The notes under the pieces are model-generated. The model searched no databases and was not told where the DNA came from. It saw only the letters and a list, made by a program, of their open reading frames with translations. From NCBI RefSeq assembly GCF_004010195.1, contig NC_057718.1, positions 47,745,556 to 47,809,555 of the forward strand: a DNA stretch of 64,000 nt. The letters are read 5' to 3'. Of this stretch, positions 50,686-62,571 are shown piece by piece (within the stretch, counting starts at the first letter, position 1; the number at the start of each line of letters is the position of its first letter). The position numbers were made by a program, and so were the translations under genes. This DNA comes from Chiloscyllium plagiosum. Lineage: Eukaryota.

Positions 50686-52049
50686 CAGTATAGTTAATGA
50701 GCATCATCCAAACAGGGAAAAAAAACATGAGAAAGAGCTGTGTAATTGTGATAACATTGACTTAACACAGCACGGCACAAGTATGCACTCTACTGAAGGC
50801 TCTCAACATGTATTTATCTAAGAACAAAAATAATTAATTGAAAACTACTTTTAACTAATTAAAGGAGACAGAGGTATAAGAAAAATGAACAGCACAGCCA
50901 GGAAAAGTAAATCACAAAGTTATGTCACAGCTTGAGATGAGATGGCGACGTAAAATTTACAGATGAACAATTACATTAACTTACATGTAATTTTACCTAG
51001 ATCAAGAAATCAGTTTAAAAAGTAAAAATAAGCCAAATTGAATGAGAGGTCCTTAAGTAAAGGTGCATGAGTGTGAGAGAGAGAGGTATTGAAAACACAC
51101 AAAACCGTTTTCAAGAGTGTTCTGATTGTAGTTAATGAATGTTTTTTTTTAAAACAAGATTATTTGTTTATTCATGATTTGCACTTGTGTCTGAGAGCTA
51201 GTTGATAGCTTGTTCCTAGGATAGTTATTGGTGCTCAGGCAGAGAGGAAATAGGCGACCGGAGGCAACAAATGAAAATTGGGCAGATAATGTTGCACTGA
51301 ATCCCAAGTGAATCTTACCCACTGACCAATATTCAGTTCTGATATTAGTAAGAATGATTGTTCTTTTGGGAAGAGCAATCAGAGCCAAATCCATGCCATC
51401 ACAGATCACTCAGCTGTATGGGGGAGAAGGGTGGGGGGAGCATGGCAGACTAAAGACTGGTAAAGCAATTGTAATGAGAAGGAGGGGCATGACAGGAGGA
51501 AGAGAAGAATAGCAACACTAACAGAGGGAGGACTAACATAGCAAGAGGAAGACGGGGAAAGACAATGGTGAAGGAAGGGGAGGGGACACAAGAGAAGGCA
51601 AACTGGATGAGCAACATTGAGAGGAGATTCTATAATTCAGGCGAAAGATGAGCGATACTGATGCTGGACTGTAATTCCACGATGTGTTATCTCTCAAGTG
51701 CCAGGGTCAAGGATGTCACTGAAGGGCCGCAGAGCACTATGAAGGGGAAGGATGAATAGCCAGACACTATGGTTCATATTGTTCATGTGGCTCATATTGT
51801 TTTCAGCAACATTGGTGAGGGATAGGATCTTGTGGGGTTTGGAAGGAAATGAGCAAGCAGAACGTAAAAGGTTTTGAGAGGACTGGCAAGGACTGCAAGA
51901 TAGGCTGTCATCATTGAGAAAACGGCCTGAAAAGAGTGTGAGGGGGTTGTTTTCACTGGGAACTGCCTCCTGTAATTGGATCTTTATTCAGTACAGGAAA
52001 AGAATGCAATTGGTGAGTACTGGTAAATTTATCTATGTAATAAAGTTTA

Positions 52050-53690
52050 AAGTTACAGGATGATAGGTCAGTTTGGTCACATGGAGTATATATCTTGTAG
52101 TAAGTGAAGTCATGACCACCACATAGGTCCCAAATATATTTGCAGGAAATGTTATTGGCAACACAAGCTTGAGCTGTGGTTTTTGAAACTTGAAAATGGC
52201 AACTTGAGTTATTATTATGCATCCACAAAGCCAAAGACTGTGGACAGTATGTTTGGTGAGGTGGTTATATCACAGGTGAGAAGCTTACAGGCAACAAGCA
52301 AATGATTGACCACTAAGCAGTGAGTGCAAGAATCTCTTGAGTCTGCCTAACTTGCTAATCTTGCATACTTGTGAGGGTGATATTTTCTCAGGAGCACGTA
52401 TCCAGAACTCAGATGACACCATGTGCAGCTCAAATGTCTAGTGATCAGGAAGAAGAACAGAAGAAGAATGGGAGAATCCATCATCATGACATCACACAGG
52501 CATTTCTGCAGCTGTCAACCTTTTCCATCTTTGATATAAAGGAAGTTACAGAGCAAATGTAGTAATCTGTAACTCTGTAATTGCAGTGCAATAATTCTGC
52601 AGGTAATTAGCCAAAGACTGCAGTCTACATTCGTGCCAAGGACTTAAATAGGGATAAAGTCCTGAAAGCAGATTTATGGGAGCTATGTAGGAAATTAAAA
52701 AGCAGGACATCTAAAGCAGTAGATTTCAGATTACGCCCAGTCCCATATGCTAGACGTGTAAAGTAGGATAATTAAGTGAGTGAAGATGTAGATGGGTAAT
52801 AGTGGAGGAGGGTGGATATCAGATTTCTGGTGTATTGGGATCAGTTCTGGGGAAGACGGGTCCTGTATAAACCAGTCAGTCTATATTTTAACATATTAGG
52901 GATATATTATCTTGCAGGGAGATTTGCTCGTGCTGTTGGGGAGGATTTACAATAGCTTGGCAGGGATATGGGAACCTGAGGGCAAATTCAGAGCAGGGAA
53001 TGGAAGGTAGAAATGTGACACAAAACTCAGACAGAGTAAACAGAGGTTGAAAAATACAGTACAGGAAATTGGCAGTATATCTAAAGCTAGTGAGCTGAAG
53101 CAGAATGAGACATGTCTCTGATAGGTAGATACAGTTAGGTAAGGAAAACCTTTTGTGGGCGTGGTATTGAATAAAAGAGCAGGGATGTAATGATGTAACT
53201 ATAAAATATACTGGTGAGACCACAGCTGGACTTTTGCATTCAGTTCTGGTCACCACATTTCAAGAAGGACCAATTGCTCAGAAGACAGTATAGAGGAGAT
53301 TTACAAGAATGTTGATAGAGCTTGAAAATTGCAGCTGCGAGGAAAGATTGAATAGCTGAAAGTTGATTATCAAGATGTACAAAATAATGAAGGAATAGAT
53401 GGATTTCCTCTAATGGAGAGGTCAGTTACAAAGTGGATTTAAGGTGAGGAGAAGGATTAGAGGGGACTGGAAGAAACCTTTTTACACTAAGATGTGTCTT
53501 GAATTCATTGTGCAGTTTGTGATTAAGTGGCAAGCCCTCAATTCATTTAAAAAGAACCTGGATCTGGCATGAAGCCCTGCAATGCTATGGTCCAGGTACT
53601 AGTAAGTGGGATTAGAATGAGCAGCTGGTTTATTCAGCCAGCACAGATATGATGGACTGAACTGTGGACCTTTTCTATGATTCTAACTTT
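52050..53690 (+). mobile_element. Old CR1-type LINE with ORF1 zinc-finger/esterase remnants and 3' end, internally deleted
   Basis: YICRKCYWQHKLELWFLKLE at ~52135-52195. ORF2 C-terminal remnant at 53190-53690. Confidence 0.6.
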
Positions 53691-55380
53691 TGGATTGCTC
53701 CCCATGCATCCTGTTTCTGAGTATAACAATAGTGGAGAGTTGGTAAATGATTGTCAATAGAGTAGGATGGAGGAGTTTAGATTTATGGAGCATTGAAGGT
53801 TGCTTTGAAGGAAAATTGGGGCCAGTGCCCTCTATGGTGGTTTGCTAGTGGTAAAGAAGAGGTGGGGATGCAAGAAAGGAACAAAGTAGTCGATTATCCA
53901 CTGCGGTAGATAAAAGGACTGGGCTGGGGCAGCACAAATCTAAGAAAAAGTATGGTATTATTGGGACCAGAGTAGAGTCACAGAGATGTACAGCACGGAA
54001 ACAGACCTTTCAGTCCAACCAGATATCCCAACCCAATCTAATCCCACCCGCCAGCACCCAGCCTATATCCCTTCAAACCCTTCCTATTCATATACCCATC
54101 CAAATACCTCTTAAATGTTGCAATTGTACTAGCCTCCACGACTTCCTCTGGCAGCTCATTCCATACACGTACCACCCTCTGTGTGAAAAAGTTGCCCCTT
54201 AGTTCCTTTTTATACCTTTCCGCTCTCACCTTAAACCTAAACCCTCTAGTTCTGGACTCCCCGACCCGAAGGTAAAGACTTTGTCAATTTATCCCATCCA
54301 TGCCCCTCATGATTTTGTAAACCTCTATATGGTCACCTCTCAGCCTCTGGCACTCCAGGGAAAACAGCCCCAGCCTGTTCAGCCTCTCCGTATAGCTCAA
54401 GTCCTCCAACCCTGGCAACATCCTTGTAAACCTTTTTTGAACTCTTTAAAGTTTCACAACATCTTTCCAATAGGAAGGAGGCCAGAATTGCACACAATAT
54501 TCTAATAATGGCCTAACCAATGTCCTGTACAGCCGCAACATGACCTTTCAATTCCTGTGCTCAATACTCTGACCAATAAAGGAAAGCATATCAAAAGCCT
54601 TCATCACTATCCTATCTACTTTGAAGGAGCTATGAACCTGCACTCCAAGGTCTCTTTGTTCAGTAACACTCTCTAGGACCTTACCATTAAGTGTATAAGT
54701 CCTGCTAAGATTTGCCTTCTCAAAATGCAGCACCTCGCATTTATCTAAATTAAACCCCATCTGCCACCTCTCAGCCCATTGGCTCATCTGATCAAGCTCC
54801 CATTGAAATCTGAGGTAACCTTCTTCGCTGTCCACTACACCTCCAATTTTGGTGTCATCTGCAAACTTACTAATATACCTCTTATGCTCACATCCAAATC
54901 ATTTACTTAAATGATGAAACGTAGTGGACCCAGCACTGATCCTTGTGGCACTCCACTGGTCACAGGCCTCCAGTCTGAAAAACAACCCTCCACCACCACC
55001 CTCTATCTTCTAAGTTTGAGCCAGTTCTCTATCCAAATGGCTAATTCTCCCTGTATTCCGTGAGATATAACCTTGTTAACCAGTCTCCCATTGGGAATCT
55101 TGTCAAATGCCTTACTGAAGGCCATATATATCGCATCTACCGCTCTGCCCTCAGCAATCCTCGATGTTATTTCTTCAAAAACTCAATCAGGTTTCTGAGA
55201 CATGATTTCCCATGCACAAAGCTATGTTGACTATCCCTAATCAGTCCTTGCCTTTCCAAATACATGTACATCCTTCAGGATTCCCTCCAACAACTTGTCC
55301 ACCACCAACGTCGGGCTCACTGGTCTATAGTTCCCTGGCTTGTGGATATAGGTTTGCTCGCTGAGCTGAAAGGTACATTT

Positions 55381-55420
55381 CCAGATATTTCATCACCCTA
55401 CGAGGTGACATCTTCAGTGG
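55381..55420 (-). ncRNA. Minimal hammerhead motif (family C), slightly diverged
   Basis: CCA-CUGAAGA-U-GUCACCU(CGUA)GGGUGAU-GAAA-UAUC-UGG. Confidence 0.65.
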
Positions 55421-55819
55421 GCCTTCGGGCGAAGCACTGTTGATAATTCCTGCTTTCTATTTATATATTTGGGTTTCTTTGGGTTGGTGATGTCATTTCC
55501 TGTGGTGATATCTTTCCTGTGGTGGTGTCATTTCCTGTTCTTTTTCTCAGGGGGTGGTAGATGGGGTCTAACTCAACGTGTTTGTTGATAGCATTCCAAC
55601 CGGAACTCTATGCTTCTAGGAATTCTTGTGCGTATCTCTTTTTGATTTGTCCTAGGATGGATGTGTTGTTCCAGTCGAAGTTGTGTCCTTCCTCATCTGT
55701 ATGTAAGGATACTAGTGAGAGAGGTTCATGTTGTTTTGTGGCTAGTTGATGTTCATGTATCCTGGTGGCAAACAAATAAATAGAAAGCAGGAATTATCAA
55801 CAGTGCTTTGCCCGGAGGC

Positions 55820-55859
55820 CCACTGAAGACGTCACCTAGTCGGGTGACGAAACGTCTGG
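55820..55859 (+). ncRNA. Minimal hammerhead ribozyme motif (family C), intact
   Basis: CCA-CUGAAGA-C-GUCACCU(AGUC)GGGUGAC-GAAA-CGUC-UGG. Confidence 0.8.
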
Positions 55860-58430
55860 AAATGAATCTTCCAGCTCAGTGAGCAAACCTACATCCAGAA
55901 TCTCAAACTGAGCCACAAATCTTCTCAAAACTCGCTTCCCTGGCTTGTCCTTACCACCTTTTTTAAACAGTGGCACCACGTTAGCCAACCTCCAGTCTTC
56001 CGACCTCACATGTGAATATCGATGTTACAAATATTTCAGTAAGAGGCCCAGCAATCACTTCCCACAGAGTTCTAGGGTACACCTGATCAGGTCCTGGGGA
56101 TTTTTATGTGTTTCAAGACATCCAGCACTTCCTCCTCTGTAGTATGGACATTTTTCAAAATGTCACCATCTATTTCCCTACATTCTATATCTTCCAAATC
56201 CTTTTCCACAGAAAATACTGATGCAAAACACTCGTTCAGTATCTCCTCCGTTTTCTGTGGCTTCACACAAGGGCTGCCTTGCTGATCTTTGAGGGGCCCT
56301 ATTCTCTCCCTAGTTACCCTTTTGTCATTAATGTATTTGTAAAAACTCTTTGGATTCTCATTAACTCTATTTGCCAAAGCTATCTCATGTCCCCTTTTTG
56401 CCCTCCTGATTTCCCTCTTAAGTATACTCCTACTACCTTTTGACTCTTCTAAGGATTCACATGATCTATCCTGTCTATACCTGTCAATGCTTCCTTCTTT
56501 TTCTTAACCAAACCCTCAATTTCTTTAGTCATCCAGCATTATCTATACCTACCAGCCTTTCCTTTCACCACAACAGGAATATACTTTCTCTGGACTCCCG
56601 TTATCTCATTTCTGAAGGCTTCCCATTTTCCAGCCGTCCTTTTACCTGCAAACATTTGTCCCCAGTCAGCTTTTAAAAGTTCTTGCCTAATATTGTCAAA
56701 ATTGGCCTTTCTTCAATTTAGAACTACAACTTTTAGATCTGGTCTATCCTTTCCCATCAATTATTGTCACTGGCCCAAAAGTGCTCCCCTGCTGACACCT
56801 ATGTCACCTGCCCTACCTTATTTCCCAAGAGTAGGTCAAGTTTTGCACCTTCTCTAGTAGGTACATCCACATGCTGAAACAGAAAATTTTCTTGTACACA
56901 CTTAACAAATTCCTCTCCATCTAAATCCTTAACACTCTGGCAGTCCTAGTCTATGTTTGGAAAGTTAAAATCCCCTACCATAACCACCCAATTACTCTTA
57001 TAGATAACTGAGATCTCCTTATAAATTTGTTTATCAATTTCCCGCTGACTATTACGGGGTCTATAATACAATCCCGTAAGGTGATCATTACCTTTCTTAT
57101 TTCTTAGTTCTGCCCAAATAACTTCCCTGGATGTATTTCTGGGAATATCCTCCCTCAGCACAGCTGAAATGCTATCCCTTATCAAAAACGCCACTCCCCC
57201 TCCTCTCTTGCCTCCCTTTCTATCCTTCCTGTAGCATTTGTCTCCTGGAACATTAAACTGTCAGTCCTGTCCATTGCTGAGCCATGTTTCTGTAATTGCT
57301 ATGATATCCCAGTCCTATGTTTCTAACCATGCCCTGAGTTCACCTGCCTTCCCTGTTAGGCCTCTTGCATTGAAGTAAATGCAGTTTAATTTATCAGTCC
57401 TACCTCATTGTCTGCTTTGTTCCTGCCTGCTCAGACTATTTGACATGCTTCTGTTCTCAACTCTACCAGTGTCAGATTGATTGCTTTCCTCAGTATCTCC
57501 CTGGGTCTCAACTCGCCTCCCCCCCCCCCCCCCCCCATCCCCTGCCCAACCTTACTAATTTAAATCTTCCTGAGCAGCTCTAGCAAATCTCCCTGCCAGT
57601 ACATTAGTCCCCTTCCAATTTAGGTGCAATCCGTCCTTCTTGTACAGGTCATGTATACCCCAAAAGAGATTCCAGTGATCCAAAAATGTGAGTCCTTCTC
57701 CCATACACCAGCTCCTCAGCCATGCATTCATCTGCTCTATCCTCCTATTGTGCCCTCACTAGTTTGTAGCACCAGGAGTAATGCAAATATTACTACTCAC
57801 GAGAATCTCTCTTTCTGCCTAACTCTCTGTAATCTCCCTTCAGAATCTCAACCTTTTCTCTTCCTTTGTCATTGTTTCCAATGCGTACAATGACCTCTCT
57901 CCCCCTTGAGAAATTCTGCACCCTCTCTGAGACATCCTTGATCCTGGCACCAGGGAAGCAACACACCATTCTGCTTTTTCACTCCTGGCCACAGAAATGT
58001 GTGTCTGTACCTCGGACTAGAGAATCCCCTAACACAATTGATCTCTTGGAACTCGACGTACCCCTCATTGCATTAGAGCCAGTCTCAATACCAGAAACTT
58101 GGCAGTTCGTGCTACGAGAATCCATCACTCCCTACATTTTCCAAAACAGCATACGTCTTTGAAATGGAGATAGCCACAGAAGACTCCTGCCTAACTGCCT
58201 ACCTCTCTTACCTTTCCTGGAGTTAACCCATCGATGTGACTTTTCTCTCTTCCTATCCATCCATCACACCCCCTAGCTCTTTTAAGAGGGAATGCAGTAG
58301 ATTCTAAATTAGGCTTACACCACATGCATGTCAGTTAAAGTAGTGTGGTAAGAAAGACTGGTGAGCATGCAGAAACACATAGCCACTTGCAAATATTACA
58401 TCCTAGTGATAATGACAACCTTGCTCAAGG

Positions 58431-58567
58431 AAAGTTAAAAATCACACAACACCAGGTTATAGTCCAACAGGTTTAATTGGAAGCACACTAGCTTTCAGAG
58501 CGACGCTCCTTCATCAGGTGATTTTTAACTTTGTACACCCCAGTCCAACACCGGCATCTCCGAATCA
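58431..58567. mobile_element. Penelope-like insertion (family A) with a minus-strand hammerhead at 58486-58520, short inverted arm and TSD
   Basis: AAAGTTAAAAATCAC at 58431-58445 and GTGATTTTTAACTTT at 58518-58532. TTGCTCAAGGAAAG at 58421-58434 and 58568-58581. Confidence 0.85.
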
Positions 58568-59459
58568 TTGCTCAAGGAAAGGCTGACTGGTTACTTAATA
58601 CGTATGGAAAGAAGATAGTCAGGAAAAGTAGGGAAGCAAAGTGACAGCAAAGTATGAAAATGATAGAGTAATGATAATAGGGCACTTTAATTATTCGTCG
58701 AATATAAACTGGGACAGTAACAGTGTAAATTCCAAAGAAGAGATCAAGCCCAGTGAGGAAGTAGGCATTCATGGATCTTGTTCTTGGTAATAAGGTACTG
58801 TCGAGTGAGTCAATTCTCATTGTGGGTGAACATTTAGGGAACAATAATCATAATACCGAGTAGTTTTACGTTAGCTATAGAAAAGTGCCAGGAGTAAAAT
58901 TAGTTAATTGGAGGATGGTCAATTTCAGTGAGCTAAGAATGAATCTGGTCCAGATAAATTGGAATGAAAGTTAGGCAGCCAAAATTGGGACAGAACAATT
59001 AGTTGCCTTTGAGGAATATATAGTGCAGATGCAATCAAGGTACATTCTCACAATCGGATAAAAGAGATGTTGGTCAAATCTAATGATCACTAAATGACAA
59101 AACAGAGATTAAGTTTAAAATAAAGGGAGATACTAATTTTATTGATAATACAAGTGAAACCAGGTTGAAGGTAGAAATTGCCTGAAGAATGTGAACCTAG
59201 AAATGAATGTAAAGTGAGAGTATGAAAAGAAACTGGCAGATGATGCTAAAAAGAACTTCAGCATGATATGTGGATATATAGAGAGCAAAAGGGGAGTAAA
59301 AGGATCAATTTGGGGACTGGGGTTCTGCAAGGAGAACTTAATGACAGGATATTTGATAGAGAAGTTCAAAATCATGGTCAGGCTTTTGCATTTTAGTAAA
59401 ATTAATAAAACTTAAATTGCACTGTACATAGTCTGAGTGATGTAAAATATTAATTTGAT

Positions 59460-61485
59460 AGAGGGTAATTTGTGAAGCATGTTCAAGAAAATGTTTTGAT
59501 TCAGTATCTGGATTTATCTAGTAGAGAAGGTGCAAAGCTCTTGGGAAATAAGGCAGGGCGGGGGACTGAGGTGTCAGTGGGGGAGCACTTTGGGGCCAGT
59601 GACCATAATTCTATTAGTTTTAAAATAGTGATGGAAAAGTATAGACCAGATCTAAAAGTTGTAGTTCTAAATTGGAGAAAGGCCAATTTTGACAGTATTA
59701 GGCAAGAACTTTTAAAAGCTGATTGTGGGTGAATGTTCAAAGGTAAAAGGGACAGCTGGAAAATGGGAAGCCTTCAGAAATGAGATAACGAAGTGCAGAG
59801 ACAGTATATTCCTGTTGTGGTGAAAGGAAAGGCTGGTAGGTATAGATAATGGTTGATGACTAAAGAAACTGAGGGTTTGGTTAAGGAAAGGAAGCATATG
59901 TCAGGTATAGACAGGATAGCTCAAGTGAATCCTTAGAAGAGTATAAAGGTAGTAGTAACTAGGGAGAGAATAGGGCCCCTCAAAGATTAGCAAGGTGGCC
60001 TTTGTGTGGAGCTGCAGGAGATGGGGGAAATACTAAATGAGTATTTTGCATCAGTGTTTACTGTGGAAAGGGACATGAAAGATATAGAATGTAGGGAAAT
60101 AGATGGTGACATCTTGCAAAATGTCCAGATTACAGAGGAGGAAGTGCTGGATGTCTTGAAACGCATAAAAGTGGATAAATCCCCAGGACCTGATCAGGTG
60201 TACTCATGTACTCTGTCGAAAGCTAGGGAAATGATTTCTGGGCCTCATTGAGATTTTTCTATCATCAATAATCACAGGTGAAGTGCTGGAAGACTGGAGG
60301 TTGGCAAACATGGTGCCCCTATTTAAGAAAGGTGGTAAGGACAAGCCAGGGAACTATAGATCAGTGATCCTGACGTTGGCGGTGGGCAAGTTGTTGGAGA
60401 GAATCCTGAGGTACAGAATGTACATGTATTTGGAAAGGCAACATGGCTTTGTGCGTGGGAAATCATGTCTCAGAAACTTGAGTTTTTTGAAGAATTGACA
60501 AAGAGACTTGATGAGGGCAGAGCAGTAGATGCGATCTATGTGGACTTCAAAAAGGCGTTCAACAAGGTTCCCCATGAGACACTGGTTAGCAAGGTTAGAT
60601 CTCATGGAATACAGGGAGAACTGGCCATTTGAATATAGAACTGGCTCGAAGGTAGAAGACAGAGGGTGGTGGTGGAGGGTTGTTTTTCAGACTGGAGGCC
60701 TGTGACCAGTGGAGTGCCACAAGGATCAGTGCTGGGTCCACTACTTCTCGTCATTTATATTAATGATTGGAAATATGAACTTAAGAGGTATTGTTAGTAA
60801 GTTTGCAGATGACATCAAAATTGGAGGTGTAGTGGACAGTGAAGAGGGTTACCTCGGATTATAATGGGATCTTGATCAGATGAGCTAATGGGCTGAGGAG
60901 TGGCAGATGGAGTTTAATTTAGATAGATGCGAGGTGCTAACTTTTTGGAAAGCAAATCTTAGCAGGACTTATACACTCAATGGTGACGTCCGAGGGAGTA
61001 TTGCTGAACAAAGAGATCTTGGAGAGCAGGTTCATTGTTCATTGAAATTGGAGTCACAGGTAGATAGGATAGTGAAGGCGGCGTTTGGTATGCTTTCTTT
61101 TATTGGTCAGAGCATTGAGTACAGGAGTTGAGAGGTCATGTTGCGGCTGTACAGGACATTGATTAGGCCACTTTGGAATATTGTGTGCAATACGGTCTCT
61201 TTCCTATCAGAAGGATGTCATGAAACTTGAAAGGGTTCAGAAAACGTTCACAAGGATGTTTCTAGGGTTGTTGGATTTGAGCTATTGGGAGAGGTTGAAT
61301 AGCCTGGGGCTGTTTTCCCCTACAGCGTCGGTAGCTGAGGGGTGACCTTACAGAGGTTTATAAAATCATAAGGGGCATGGATAGGGTAAATATACAAGGT
61401 ATTTTCCCTGGGGTGGGGGAGTACGAAACTAGAGGGCATAGGTTAGGATGTGAAGGAAACGTATAAAAGAGACATAAGGGGCATT
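59460..61485 (+). mobile_element. CR1/HER1-type LINE ORF2, disrupted
   Basis: [46 protein letters not shown] and SKFADD motifs. Confidence 0.92.
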
Positions 61486-61564
61486 GAGTATTAAAGATCA
61501 TTTGGATCCAGTGTAATCAGGAGTGCTGGGGAAAAGAAATTATCTTAAAATATAGTGAACAAAA

Positions 61565-62208
61565 TGATAAGAAATAGGAATAGAAGTAGGCAGTTCAGCC
61601 ACTCAAGCCTGGCCTGCTATTCAATGGGATCATGGCTGATCAAATATTTCTTATGTACACCATCTTGTCCTTGTCCCACTATCCTCCATTTCTGTAATGA
61701 TCAGGAATGTATCTGAGCCTTGAATATATACAAGGACTCTGCCCCCATAGTTCTCTGTGGCAAGAAGTTCCAAAGACCCTCAACCCTCTGAGGGAAGAAA
61801 TTCCTTATCTCAGCATCCCTTAATTTTGAGATTATGTCTCCCATGGGGGGAACATCCTCTCAGCATTTACCCTGCCAAGATCCTTAAGAGCTTTCTATGC
61901 ATTCTTCTAAATTCCAATAAGTAGATTCCCAAGTTGTTTAACCTTTGCTCATAAGGCAATCCCTCCATTCTGGGTATCAGGTTAGTGATCCTTCCCTAAA
62001 CTGCCTGCGATGAATTGATATCCCTCCGTAAATAAAGGAACCAAAACTGCTCACAGTAGTCCAGATGCAGACTGACGAGCACCTTGTACAATTACAGTAA
62101 GACATCCCTACTCTTGTACTTCAACTCCTTTGAAATAAGGCCAACATTCCATTAACCTTCCGAATTACCTGCTCCTCCTGTGTACTAGCCTTCTGTGTTT
62201 TGTGCACA
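61565..62208 (-). mobile_element. CR1-type LINE (second subfamily), 3' end
   Basis: Homologous to 9310-9990 and 48930-49462. Confidence 0.8.
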
Positions 62209-62319
62209 ATAGAAGATATATAAATATTTAACTGTTGAGGAACTGTTTAGTTAGTTGGTTTGGGAGAATCAGTGGTTAGGAAAGGCAGATTCTTTGTTTG
62301 AAAACTTTCCACCAAAAAG

Positions 62320-62558
62320 TCATGATTTGGAGGTGCCGGTGTTGGACTGGGGTGTACAAAGTTAAAAATCACACAACACCAGGTTATAGTCCAACTGGTT
62401 TAATTGGAAGCACACTAGCTTTCGGAGCGACGCTCCTTCATCAGGTGATAGATCGAGCCCTCCACTATCACCTGATGAAGGAACGTCGCTCCGAAAGCTA
62501 GTGTGCTTCCAATTAAACCTGTTGGACTATAACCTGGTGTTGTGTGATTTTTAACTTT
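62320..62558. mobile_element. Palindromic Penelope-like insertion (family A) with two divergent hammerhead motifs (62413-62447 minus, 62469-62503 plus)
   Basis: 94-bp arms at 62358-62451 and 62465-62558 (2 mismatches) with a 13-nt loop. TTTCCACCAAAAAG at 62306-62319 and 62558-62571. Confidence 0.88.
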
Positions 62559-62571
62559 TTCCACCAAAAAG

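Larger units (their letters stand above)
55344..55935 (-). mobile_element. Penelope-like element (family C) with GIY-YIG C-terminal remnant, inverted pseudo-LTR and 13-bp TSD
   Basis: Minus strand 55769-55541 reads ATRIHEHQLATKQHEPLSLVSLHTDEEGHNFDWNNTSILGQIKKRYAQEFLEA*SSGWNAINKHVELDPIYHPL. Arms at 55343-55470 and 55770-55897. TTCCCTGGCTTGT at 55331-55343 and 55936-55948. Confidence 0.9.
53973..58280 (-). mobile_element. Long CR1/HER1-type LINE (ORF1 SGNH esterase, APE endonuclease, RT, 3' UTR), disrupted
   Basis: RSIVLGDSLVRGTD...VCCFPGARIKDVSE (ORF1), VVMVGDFNFPNID (APE), [10 protein letters not shown] and SKFADDTKIG (RT). Many stops and frameshifts. Confidence 0.92.

Noticed and set aside
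57519..57536. Poly-C run as a regulatory G4 element
   Set aside because: It is an expanded homopolymer within the CR1 inter-ORF region, with no other support.
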